Assembly (NCBI GenBank): GCA_044350705.1
Contig: JBILHA010000001.1
Coordinates: 1-47,808 of the forward strand
Reading direction: 5' to 3'
Source: Candidatus Kapaibacterium sp.
GTDB lineage: Bacteria > Patescibacteriota > Patescibacteriia > UBA9934
Length of the DNA: 47,808 nt
Under the pieces are notes generated by a model. That model saw only the letters and a list, made by a program, of their open reading frames with translations. It made no database searches and was not told where the DNA came from. Position numbers and translations under genes: made by a program. Below are positions 1-8,204 of the stretch, piece after piece. How positions within the stretch are numbered: the stretch's first letter is position 1; every line of letters begins with the position of its first letter.

Positions 1-628
1 TCGAAGCGGGAATTTAGTTTTCACCAATCGTCCCGGAGATCCTAATATTCGCCGTGAAGAGATACTTGGAAAGCGTTTGCGAGAGGAGCAAATTGAGCCT
101 CTTTTAGAAATCGTGAGAGAACAGAGCAAAGCTGCTCGAGAGAGAGTAAGGGCTGAGTCTGAGATTGAAGGCTTTAATTTTGCAATAAATCTTGTACTTC
201 GGGGCTACGCTTTTTCTCAAGACGTTTTCCGTGCGCTTTCAGAGCCCTCGTTTGGAGGAGGTGGTTATCTTACTGATCGAAGCGGGAATTTAGTTTTCAC
301 CAATCGTCCCGGAGATCCTAATATTCGCCGTGAAGAGATACTTGGAAAGCGTTTGCGAGAGGAGCAAATTGAGCCATTGTATGAGATGAATCGACAGGCG
401 AATGTTGCTGTTCAGGAAAGGGCACGTGCAGATAGAGAGCTTGCCGCTTTTGATACTGCGTATAATTTTGTCGCCAGGGGATTTATTACAAATGAGCGAG
501 TATTGCAGGCTTTGGTAGAGCCCTCGTTTGGTGGAGGTAGTTATCTTACTGATCGAAGCGGGAATTATGTTTATATTTCTCGTCCCGAAGATCCTAATAT
601 TCGTCGTGCAGAACTTGGAGGAAGAACA
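1..628 (+). repeat. In-frame tandem coding repeats with a 276-nt (92-aa) period; at least 2.3 copies are visible and the array continues upstream of the window.
   Basis: nt 1-99 are identical to nt 277-375. A third, diverged copy of the same segment starts at 553. The rest of each unit has diverged. Confidence 0.9.
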
Positions 629-3600
629 TTAAGTGAAGAATCAGCGAATGTTCTCAGGCCCTTGCTAGAGATTCTCAATTCTTCGCTTTTTTCTGAAGAA
701 ATTAAAGTCAATTTTAAGAAATATTTACAAACAAAAGATGAGGCTATTTTTGAAAGAATAAAGATCCTTCTTGCTAATGAAGGCGATACTGGCAAGACAG
801 AGAAAGTTGAACGATCGGTTAAGGCTTTGCAAGTTTTTATTACGAGGGTCAATTTGCGGAAAGATGTTTATAAGGGAATTGTAGAAAATGATTCGCCGGA
901 AAATATTGCTCAGATTCTTGCTCGATTTGAGGGAAAAGAGTTGGCTGATATTGCATTAGCTGGGGGTCTTCGAGATGCTGTTGCGGCGAAAAGAAAGAGC
1001 GATGTTTTGAGGGAGGCGATACCGCTTCTGACCCGAGGGAGGAGAGATGTTGGGCGTGTTCTGGAATTGATGCAGCCTCTCATTGCCTCTAATCGTGAAG
1101 ATCAAAGAAAGATTGGGCTAGAAGTTGTAAAGCTTGTCTATGCTGCTGAGTTGGCAGGTTTTCGTGATGAAGTGCAAAAGATGATCGCGCAAAAGGCCGA
1201 TCCAGAAACGATCCGTATTTATATCGATGGATTTCCTGTACGTCCTACCGTAGGAGATTTTGATTATGTAAAGACTATTACGGAAGTTCGAGATAAGGCA
1301 TTTGCATGCTTGGAAGGGATTTTTGAAGTAAAAGCTCTTGAACGTACGGTAAAGATTCGTGAAAGTTTTTCTGCCGCTAATCCTGAGATGGTACTTGAAA
1401 ATATCTCGGCATTGCCTGGTGAAAGTGAGCGAGAGCGTGCTGTTAAAGTTCAGCTCCTTGAACTCTATAAGAAATACGTCGCTGCAAATCGGCCAGATAT
1501 TTTTGATGCACGATTTGCGGAAGAAATTCGCGTACGTGAAGCAGAGCAGCTTCAAGCAAAATTTGAGAGTCCCGAGAAAGGAAAAAATAAAGAGGGATTT
1601 AACTTTGTTCGCGATCGGTTTGTAGAGACTATTTATCCTCTCGTGGAATCTTTGCGTGCAGATGGAGGATCTGTGGGTGAGAAAGTGAGGGAGATTTTGG
1701 ATTCTACAGAAAAGGATCCTCAAAAAAATCCTCGTCGATCGTTTGAACAACGGCTTAGACAGCTTGAAGCGCAGCGCGTTCTTACTGATAGAGAGAAAAA
1801 CTATCTTCAGTCCGTTGAGCTCATGTCGCTTTTTAATCCGTATTTAGTCGCATGTGTCTTTGGAGATCCAGGAGTTACGAGCGAATTTTTGCGGCACCAT
1901 TTTGAAAGGATTTCTCGAGAAACGACCTCGCAGTTGAAGGATGGGGATTATGTTCCTCTTCTGCAGATAGGTCTTGGACCAAATGGTCTGGCGGCGCTTG
2001 GAGAGGGGGTAAGAAATAATGCTGCACTCATGAGTGAAGTGCTGGTTATCGATGCGGGAGAACAGCCCGGGGGACCTTTTGCGATCCCTCGAGGAGCTGC
2101 ATGGGAATTAAATAGTGCAAATAAGCGTGGATCGGCGGCTCGCCAGCTTCCTGATGCTCCTGGTACTGATGAAATCAAGACGATTCGATCGTATGGGAGT
2201 CCGTTGCGTTGGTATCCTGGAGAGCGCAGTGGGGGCAAAGATACGCGGGGTGGCAGTATTAATGCGACGGTAGATTATTTAATCACTCCAGATGATCTTT
2301 CTTCGGCGCGTTATCCTACGAATGAAGAGCTCCAAATTGTTCTTGCCATGCAAGCAGCACTTCTGACGAAGCGTGTTGCTCTTCAAACAAAATTTGTTGA
2401 CATGGAGCCCGATCTGGATCCTCATGGACCAAAAGATGAGCACGGAAATTTCCTTCGAAAGATTGTTACGCTTGAGATAACAGAACCAAACGGCAAGCGT
2501 GAGGTTCGTATTAAGACCGACGCTATTTGGGGTTCTACCGGTTTAGGTGAACCAGGATATGGTTTTAAGCTTCAAGGCAGTCGTGCAGAAAGGGTGATGC
2601 AACAAACGAAAGATGCAACTTTCCCGAAGATTTGCACCACTCTTGAGGGTTTTCAGGCGTTTGCTGATAGGACTCGTGAACAGGTTTCTCCTGGTGACAC
2701 GATTGTTATCTGGGGGAAGGGTAACTCGGCTGATACGCTTATTGAATACATTGGAAGTTTGTTCCAAGGAGATAATCCTCGAGTGCGAGACATCACAAAG
2801 ATTTATGTGATCTGTGATGGAGATTTGAGTGCTCGTCCTCGTTACTCGCTTATTAGCGATCTTAAGCCGCGTAATGGACGAGGAAATCTCATTGAGCAGA
2901 TCAATGCGCGTGTTACTGATGTTGATTTTGCTTCTGCAGAAGGAGATCCTGCTACAAGAAAGATTGTGGTGTATGGACAGGATGGACGCATGATTCGTAA
3001 TACCAATGGAGAGGTTATTGTTGGTGATGCGGGCATTGCTGCAACGGGATTCCGTTCAAAACTCGATGCGCTTTTTGAGGGTTATGCAGAGAAGATAACA
3101 GGAAAAAAAGGCGCGGTAAATCGTGAGCCTCTTGTTCTTCCCACGAATGAGAACGTGCCAGTTGCCGAAACCCTTAAGGGCGATCCAACAGTGCTTATTT
3201 TGGGAACTGCTTCAAGCCCTGAATTCGATAAAGTTGATAAGCTTGCTCAGCTTCCTCAGTCGGCTCGTGAAGCGCTTCTTCGTAATGGTGCGGAGAACGC
3301 GGTGGCTATTGGATTTAGAGCCCCTGATGTGCAGGCTGCAGTGAATATTTGGTTAAATACGCAAGAAGTTCGTGTAGAAGGTACGTCCGTGAAGCGTGAA
3401 CGTGGCGTGCTGATGGTCGATGAACCCGGGGGCTTTTCCCCGGGAGAAGCGTTTAGTTTACAAACCATGGTGGGCGGAAAAGAAAGAATTCCTAATAATG
3501 TTGCTGATGCCGTACGGGCTTTGTCACCCCTGTTTATTTATAACGTAGGAAACATGGTTGAGCTTCGTACATCCGAGGGAAAGCAGTTTACCGGCGAGCT

Positions 3601-3841
3601 TACTTTTACGTTGACCTACGACAAAGCTCGTGATGAGTTGGGATTGCTGTATTCCGAGGAGAATGGTTCCCCCGTTTCTCAGCAAGTGGTAAATGCGGTG
3701 CGTGCGGCATGTATGGATAAAGATGTGCAAAAGTACGCGCTTGTTGCTTTGAAAAAGAAGAGAAGAAATCCGAAATTGGATGTTGTGCTTTCGTTTAAGA
3801 ATGGATTTGTAGATCCTAGGACTACGTTTATTCAGGAATAG
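2..3841 (+). CDS. Large protein (at least 1279 aa, 5' end cut by the window edge). It has N-terminal 92-aa tandem repeats, a long helical middle and a C-terminal two-dinucleotide-binding-domain flavoprotein-like region.
   Basis: The frame is open from nt 2, so the TTG at 77 in the ORF track is internal. Repeat units are LREEQIEPL...EPSFGGG(G/S)YLTDRSGN...P(G/E)DPNIRR. GxGxxG-type motifs are IGLGPNGLAALGEG...VIDAGEQPGG (about nt 1970-2075) and IVIWGKGNSADTLIEYI (about nt 2701-2750). A later GIAATGF motif is also present. Confidence 0.8.
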   Translation, partial: RSGNLVFTNRPGDPNIRREEILGKRLREEQIEPLLEIVREQSKAARERVRAESEIEGFNFAINLVLRGYAFSQDVFRALSEPSFGGGGYLTDRSGNLVFTNRPGDPNIRREEILGKRLREEQIEPLYEMNRQANVAVQERARADRELAAFDTAYNFVARGFITNERVLQALVEPSFGGGSYLTDRSGNYVYISRPEDPNIRRAELGGRTLSEESANVLRPLLEILNSSLFSEEIKVNFKKYLQTKDEAIFERIKILLANEGDTGKTEKVERSVKALQVFITRVNLRKDVYKGIVENDSPENIAQILARFEGKELADIALAGGLRDAVAAKRKSDVLREAIPLLTRGRRDVGRVLELMQPLIASNREDQRKIGLEVVKLVYAAELAGFRDEVQKMIAQKADPETIRIYIDGFPVRPTVGDFDYVKTITEVRDKAFACLEGIFEVKALERTVKIRESFSAANPEMVLENISALPGESERERAVKVQLLELYKKYVAANRPDIFDARFAEEIRVREAEQLQAKFESPEKGKNKEGFNFVRDRFVETIYPLVESLRADGGSVGEKVREILDSTEKDPQKNPRRSFEQRLRQLEAQRVLTDREKNYLQSVELMSLFNPYLVACVFGDPGVTSEFLRHHFERISRETTSQLKDGDYVPLLQIGLGPNGLAALGEGVRNNAALMSEVLVIDAGEQPGGPFAIPRGAAWELNSANKRGSAARQLPDAPGTDEIKTIRSYGSPLRWYPGERSGGKDTRGGSINATVDYLITPDDLSSARYPTNEELQIVLAMQAALLTKRVALQTKFVDMEPDLDPHGPKDEHGNFLRKIVTLEITEPNGKREVRIKTDAIWGSTGLGEPGYGFKLQGSRAERVMQQTKDATFPKICTTLEGFQAFADRTREQVSPGDTIVIWGKGNSADTLIEYIGSLFQGDNPRVRDITKIYVICDGDLSARPRYSLISDLKPRNGRGNLIEQINARVTDVDFASAEGDPATRKIVVYGQDGRMIRNTNGEVIVGDAGIAATGFRSKLDALFEGYAEKITGKKGAVNREPLVLPTNENVPVAETLKGDPTVLILGTASSPEFDKVDKLAQLPQSAREALLRNGAENAVAIGFRAPDVQAAVNIWLNTQEVRVEGTSVKRERGVLMVDEPGGFSPGEAFSLQTMVGGKERIPNNVADAVRALSPLFIYNVGNMVELRTSEGKQFTGELTFTLTYDKARDELGLLYSEENGSPVSQQVVNAVRAACMDKDVQKYALVALKKKRRNPKLDVVLSFKNGFVDPRTTFIQE

Positions 3842-3859
3842 AGCAGCTGTTTAAGAAGC

Positions 3860-3890
3860 AAAAATCACCTTCGCAAAGAAGGTGATTTTT
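3860..3890. terminator. Bidirectional hairpin terminator between the large ORF (+) and tRNA-Gly (-).
   Basis: AAAAATCACCTTC-gcaaa-GAAGGTGATTTTT, a 13-bp stem with A and T runs on both sides. Confidence 0.75.
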
Positions 3891-3891
3891 G

Positions 3892-3966
3892 TGGAGCGGG
3901 TAGAGGGAGTCGAACCCTCGTCACAAGTTTGGAAAACTCGGATAATAACCGTTATACGATACCCGC
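3892..3966 (-). tRNA. tRNA-Gly (anticodon UCC), CCA encoded.
   Basis: The reverse complement is GCGGGTATCGTATAACGGTTATTATCCGAGTTTTCCAAACTTGTGACGAGGGTTCGACTCCCTCTACCCGCTCCA. It folds as a cloverleaf with anticodon loop TT-TCC-AA and closely resembles E. coli tRNA-Gly(UCC). Confidence 0.95.
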
Positions 3967-3970
3967 ATTG

Positions 3971-4098
3971 ATGAAACTGCATATATTCGTCAACTTTCGA
4001 CTCACTCCTTGATTGTATCGACGACGTACTATGAGGTACGTCTTGACGATCCAATCGGCGTCGTTCGTCGAAACTTGCCAGAATATCTGCAGTTTCAT
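3971..4098. repeat. 128-nt imperfect palindrome (rod-like hairpin) directly 5' of tRNA-Gly on the minus strand.
   Basis: 3971-3988 ATGAAACTGCATATATTC pairs with 4081-4098 GAATATCTGCAGTTTCAT (18 positions, 1 mismatch). 3991-4001 pairs with 4067-4077 (11 positions, 1 mismatch). The inner arms are also largely complementary, and the apical hairpin is GACGTAC-N-GTACGTC. Confidence 0.7.
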
Positions 4099-4204
4099 GC
4101 GTTCGACGTTTTGAGTCAAAACTTAGCGCAATATATTTCGTTCCGTATTGCTTGTTTCTTGCTCCGATATGAACGACTTGTAACGAAAGAGATGGTACAC
4201 CAGG

Positions 4205-4278
4205 AAAAAAGGGTTTGCAACCCGGGGGATGTCTATAAAAAAAGGGACGCCCGGCGGTCGTGGAGACGACCACCGGGC
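4205..4278 (-). terminator. Tandem hairpins with T-runs (read on the minus strand) directly after the stop of the 4278..4622 ORF.
   Basis: GCCCGGCGGTCGT-ggag-ACGACCACCGGGC (4249-4278) is followed on the minus strand by GTCCC plus T7. A second hairpin, GGGTT-tgc-AACCC (4211-4223), is followed by T6. Confidence 0.55.
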
Positions 4279-4622
4279 TACGGGGGAGGGGGCGGGGGCG
4301 CAGGCGGAGCTGGGCGCGAGGATCTCTCGAGGAGTTTTTTGACTCCTCGCCCTGCTCGTTGGAGCAGGGTTTTGAGAAGTCTTTTTGCCGCCTTGTGAGA
4401 GGCGACTTTCGCTTTTTTCCCTTGCTTTTTTGCCATCGCCTTGACGGCTGACCATGGCAGGGTGATGGGCAGGAACCAGACCCAGAGCAGTTTGTTTATG
4501 CTCCAGGCCACGCCCTTCCCGATGAGGGGAATTTTTCCTCCCCAATGCCTGATTGCCAAGAAGAGGAGAGGGAAGAAAACGAGATATCCCACCCATGCAC
4601 TTGGCTCATTGAAGAAGTTCAT
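4278..4622 (-). CDS. Hypothetical small membrane protein (114 aa) with a basic, proline-rich C-terminal tail.
   Basis: ATG start. Two hydrophobic segments (VGYLVFFPLLFLAI and LLWVWFLPITLPW) are followed by a Lys/Arg-rich tail ending in PAPPAPPPPPP. A terminator follows. The 3' third overlaps two perfect 8-bp hairpins and G-runs, so coding status is uncertain. Confidence 0.35.
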   Translation of the reverse strand: MNFFNEPSAWVGYLVFFPLLFLAIRHWGGKIPLIGKGVAWSINKLLWVWFLPITLPWSAVKAMAKKQGKKAKVASHKAAKRLLKTLLQRAGRGVKKLLERSSRPAPPAPPPPPP

Positions 4623-4686
4623 TGCAGATCCTTTATCAGAAGGTTTTTCGAGATCTCAGAACAAGAAATATTAGCACATTTTTAAC

Positions 4687-4743
4687 AAAAAAACAATCCC
4701 TACTTCGTTCCTCTTCTGTCGTCGAGGAGCTACGTTAGGGATT
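4687..4743 (-). terminator. Intrinsic terminator downstream of the DHH phosphoesterase gene.
   Basis: Long hairpin AATCCCTA...TAGGGATT (4695-4743), followed on the minus strand by GTTTTTTTG. Confidence 0.6.
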
Positions 4744-4896
4744 GGCTTATTTGTTGACGTCGGCTTCTCTCTGGAAAAGCCGACTCTTTAAGTACTGCAT
4801 CGGTGTATCCGCATCAACGGGAAATGGCTTGCGGATGTAATGAGTATAGCTATCTCTTCGGGGAGGAGAAGATAGGGATGTGGGAAAGGGATATTT

Positions 4897-5883
4897 TTAG
4901 CTATCTTTAGCCTTTTTTACTACTTTCCATACCCCCGGTTCTGTTTCTTCAAAACGCGCATGTGAGATTTTGAAGCCTGCTGCAAGTTTATGTCCTCCTC
5001 CGCCAAATCTTTTTTCTGCGAGCGTGGCGACGTCGCGAGTTCTACTTCTGAGGCTCCCCTTGAGCGATCCATCAGCTTTTTCGTAATATACGAGGACGGT
5101 TTCATGTGAAGTGTCGAGCACTTCGTTGAGATATTCTGACAGCGATTTGATGTCATCTTCGGTTGCTCCGGCGTCTTGTATATCTTTCTCGGTGATTCCG
5201 GTTACGGTTGCTTCAAGATCTGGATCAAACGAGAGGCGAGAGAGCGCAATTCCCCAAAGTTTGAGTGAAGCAAGGGATTTGTTCATCATCGTATTTTGTA
5301 CGATAGGTTTGAGGCGTGCTCCTCGTGCGATGAGCTCACTTGCAAGCCGCATGACGGTGTCGTTGGTGTGCTGTGTGGAAAAGAGAATGGTATCGGTGCA
5401 CATTCCGGTTAAGAAGCACTGTGCCGCCGCTTGTGAAATTGGTAGTCCCAAGGTTCTTACAAAGCGGTATGCTACATCTGCGGTAGAAGGCGCGTGAGGC
5501 TCGATGAGGTTCATGTCTCCGTAATGGGGATTTGTCGCATGATGATCCATGCAAATGACTGGAACTTTATAGATCATCTTTGAGAGAACGGGAGGAAGGT
5601 AGGCGCCATCGGAATTATCGCACACGATGATGAGATCAATCGTTTTATCCTGAAAGATTTTCGCGTCTCGAATAATGTGTTCTACGCCCGGGATAAAAGC
5701 GAGAGCGGCAGGAAGGGGTTTTGGTGAGAAAACTGACACTTTTATCTTCAGTTGCACAAGAACATGGAATAATCCCAGGGTAGAGCCCAGCGTATCCCCA
5801 TCGATACGTTCATCGGTCATGAGGAGGACGTGTTTTGAAGCGAGAAGAGATTGAGCGATGCGTTCGTAGACCGGATGCGTCAT
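4897..5883 (-). CDS. nrnA: DHH/DHHA1-family phosphoesterase (NrnA-like oligoribonuclease/pAp phosphatase).
   Basis: Motifs DGDTLGS, VICMDHHATN (DHH) and RFGGGGHKLAAG (DHHA1 GGGH); 328 aa. Confidence 0.8.
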   Translation of the reverse strand: MTHPVYERIAQSLLASKHVLLMTDERIDGDTLGSTLGLFHVLVQLKIKVSVFSPKPLPAALAFIPGVEHIIRDAKIFQDKTIDLIIVCDNSDGAYLPPVLSKMIYKVPVICMDHHATNPHYGDMNLIEPHAPSTADVAYRFVRTLGLPISQAAAQCFLTGMCTDTILFSTQHTNDTVMRLASELIARGARLKPIVQNTMMNKSLASLKLWGIALSRLSFDPDLEATVTGITEKDIQDAGATEDDIKSLSEYLNEVLDTSHETVLVYYEKADGSLKGSLRSRTRDVATLAEKRFGGGGHKLAAGFKISHARFEETEPGVWKVVKKAKDS

Positions 5884-5958
5884 AGGGAAGGGGGAAACGT
5901 ACTATCCCGAAGCACTCTCGTCAAGAACGAAAAAGACGAGCTATGATGGCCCCAGTCT

Positions 5959-8202
5959 ATGTACCTCTCCCGTATCGATATTCAGGGATTTAAAACGTTT
6001 GCCGCGAAAACGACCCTCCATTTTCCTAGGCCCACCCCTGATCATAAACCGCTCACGGTCATCGTGGGTCCTAATGGATCGGGAAAATCGAATCTTGCGG
6101 ACGCAATTCGTTGGTGTTTGGGAGAGCAATCATTAAAGCATCTTCGTGGAAAGGAGGCGCAAGATATTATTTTTTCAGGCTCTTCTGGAAAAGCTCGATC
6201 AGGATTTGCGGAGGTTGTTTTAACTTTTGAGAATACTGATGGAGCATTGGGCGATGTTGCCGAGATGACTATTGCGCGTCGTTTGTATCGTGATGGAGAG
6301 AGTGCGTATCTTTTGAACGGAGAAGAAACGCGGCTTCAAGATATTCAATTGTTTTTAGCGGAGGCTGGCGTGGGACAGCGATCATATGCGGTGATTGGTC
6401 AGGGAATGATTGATCAAATTATTGTCGCTTCTCCGGAAGATCGAAAACAGTTTTTTGATGATGCAACCGGAGTGCGAGGTTTTCAAATGAAGCGTCATCA
6501 GGCGGTGCTTAAGCTTGATCGCGCATCACAAAATTTAGCAGAAGTAGAAATGTTGTTGGGAGAGCTCGAGCCTCGATTAGCGCTGCTGCGGAGACAGGTT
6601 AAAAAGCTTGATGAACGGGCGATTGTTGAGGCGCATTTTACGCATGCGGCCATGCAGTATTACGGAACCTTGTGGTGGAAGGTTATTGATGAGCGTGTAA
6701 AAGGTGAGGGTGAGTATGGACGAGTGAAACAGCGGGTTGATGAAATGAAGAGAAAAGGAGCTGAAATTGATGAGCAGCTTTCGCGTTTAGAGCATGAGCA
6801 TAGAGCTTCACAATCCGTGCATGATGCAAAGCGTCAAGAAAGTCAGCAAGCATATAAGCGAGCCCTTGAAGAGCTTCATGGTGCTCGAAAAGCGCATGCG
6901 GTTGCTGAACAGGAAATTGCTCTTGCGCGTGTTCGCGCACAATCATCTTGGGCGCCACTTCCTCTGCATGACATTGTTGCGGAAGTGATAGCAGTAAAAG
7001 AAGCGCACGATCATTTAGTGAACGAACTCGAGAAAGTGCAATCTCTTGATGAGCTTTCTGCGCTTGTTACAAAAACGCATGATATCCGTGAACGTGTAGT
7101 AATGCTTCATAAGCGCCTCGTGAAGCCTGCTCCTGAAGCCTGGGAGCCAGATCCTCTGTTGCTAGCTCAAGTTGCTGATGCAGAAGAGCAGATTGTGCGT
7201 GCGGAAAGTAAGGTCAAAGAAGCTGAAGAGATACTTAATGCGGTACAAAGCAATTCTGCTTCACCGAATCAGGAAGTATTTGTATTGCAGCGTGCAGCGC
7301 GTGAGGCGCATACGGAATTATTGCGCGCTGAGCAGGAGCTTCATGCGAGAGAAATTGCTCGTGCACGCTTTGACGCAGAGGCTGAGGGTCTTTTGCGTGA
7401 AATGCGGGACTTGCTTTCTCCTGAACTCGTTGATCGTGTTCAGCGACAAGCTCCGGAGATCCGTGAACAGGATATTTCTCGTGCTCATGAAGAGGTGCGC
7501 AGACTTCGCCATCAATTAGAAGTCATTGGAAGTATTGATCCTGAGGTTGTCAAAGAACATGCAGAAGTTTCTGAGCGTTATACGTTTTTAACGGGTCAGG
7601 TTGCTGATCTTCGTCAGGCAATTTCTTCAACGCGAGAAGTGGTTTCTGCGCTTGATACAGAAATTCAGGAAACTGCTGAAACTGCTTTTGCTACCATGAA
7701 TACTGAATTCCAGAAGTACTTTGCGGTTCTTTTTGGTGGAGGAACTTGTTCTTTGCAGCGGGTGAAAAGAGAAAAGGCTCCTGCGGCGGAAGGAGAAGAA
7801 CAGGAGGAGCGCGCGTCTCTTGTTCCTGAGGCGGCTTGGTCTGGGGTGGAGATTATTGCCGCACCTCCTGGAAAGACGCAGAAGGGCCTTCAGCTTCTTT
7901 CCGGAGGCGAGCGGGCTCTTACCGCGATTGCGCTTTTGTGTGCAGTTATGGCAACGAATCCTTCGCCATTTGTGGTGCTTGATGAGGTTGATGCTGCGCT
8001 TGATGAAGCGAATACGGTTCGATTTGCAAATATTCTCGCAGAACTTCGACAGCGAACGCAGTTCTTAGTGATCACGCATAATCGTGCAACGATGGAAAAG
8101 GCAGATGCATTGTATGGGGTGACGATGGGGGGCGATGGGATGAGCCAGCTGTTGTCGGTGAAGCTCGAGGATTACGTTCAGGGAGATTCGGCGCGACGAT
8201 AA
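5959..8202 (+). CDS. smc: SMC-family chromosome segregation ATPase, unusually short (747 aa) with no recognisable hinge.
   Basis: SMC-type N-terminus MYLSRIDIQGFKTFA, Walker A GPNGSGKSN, QGMIDQII, signature LSGGERALTA and Walker B FVVLDEVDAALD. The middle 430 aa are coiled-coil-like. Confidence 0.85.
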   Translation: MYLSRIDIQGFKTFAAKTTLHFPRPTPDHKPLTVIVGPNGSGKSNLADAIRWCLGEQSLKHLRGKEAQDIIFSGSSGKARSGFAEVVLTFENTDGALGDVAEMTIARRLYRDGESAYLLNGEETRLQDIQLFLAEAGVGQRSYAVIGQGMIDQIIVASPEDRKQFFDDATGVRGFQMKRHQAVLKLDRASQNLAEVEMLLGELEPRLALLRRQVKKLDERAIVEAHFTHAAMQYYGTLWWKVIDERVKGEGEYGRVKQRVDEMKRKGAEIDEQLSRLEHEHRASQSVHDAKRQESQQAYKRALEELHGARKAHAVAEQEIALARVRAQSSWAPLPLHDIVAEVIAVKEAHDHLVNELEKVQSLDELSALVTKTHDIRERVVMLHKRLVKPAPEAWEPDPLLLAQVADAEEQIVRAESKVKEAEEILNAVQSNSASPNQEVFVLQRAAREAHTELLRAEQELHAREIARARFDAEAEGLLREMRDLLSPELVDRVQRQAPEIREQDISRAHEEVRRLRHQLEVIGSIDPEVVKEHAEVSERYTFLTGQVADLRQAISSTREVVSALDTEIQETAETAFATMNTEFQKYFAVLFGGGTCSLQRVKREKAPAAEGEEQEERASLVPEAAWSGVEIIAAPPGKTQKGLQLLSGGERALTAIALLCAVMATNPSPFVVLDEVDAALDEANTVRFANILAELRQRTQFLVITHNRATMEKADALYGVTMGGDGMSQLLSVKLEDYVQGDSARR

Positions 8203-8204
8203 GT

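Noticed and set aside
77-79. TTG at 77 given as the start of the 1254-aa ORF.
   Set aside because: The same frame is open back to nt 2, and the upstream residues (RSGNLVFTNRPGDPNIRREEILGKR) repeat the end of the next unit. The gene therefore starts upstream of the window.
1118-1750. 210-aa minus-strand ORF inside the large plus-strand ORF.
   Set aside because: It is a codon-aligned shadow ORF of the 1279-aa gene with no independent signals.
4060-4100. Minus-strand AUUCUGGCAAGUUUCGAC, which resembles the 5' region of tmRNA (E. coli GAUUCUGGAUUCGAC).
   Set aside because: There is no GGGG acceptor 5' strand upstream, no tag-like reading frame ending in Ala-Ala-stop, and no tRNA-Ala-like T-arm/ACCA 3' end before tRNA-Gly. 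The segment is instead one arm of the 128-nt palindrome.
3851-4398. ORFs at 3851..4273 (-) and 4009..4398 (+).
   Set aside because: The first overlaps tRNA-Gly and its terminator. Both run through the palindrome and GC-rich hairpins and have no plausible start context or motifs.
4123-4596. 157-aa alternative-frame minus ORF overlapping the 114-aa ORF.
   Set aside because: It extends through both terminator hairpins, is Arg/Pro/Gly-rich because of the GC-rich island, and lacks the hydrophobic segments and start context of the 4278..4622 frame.
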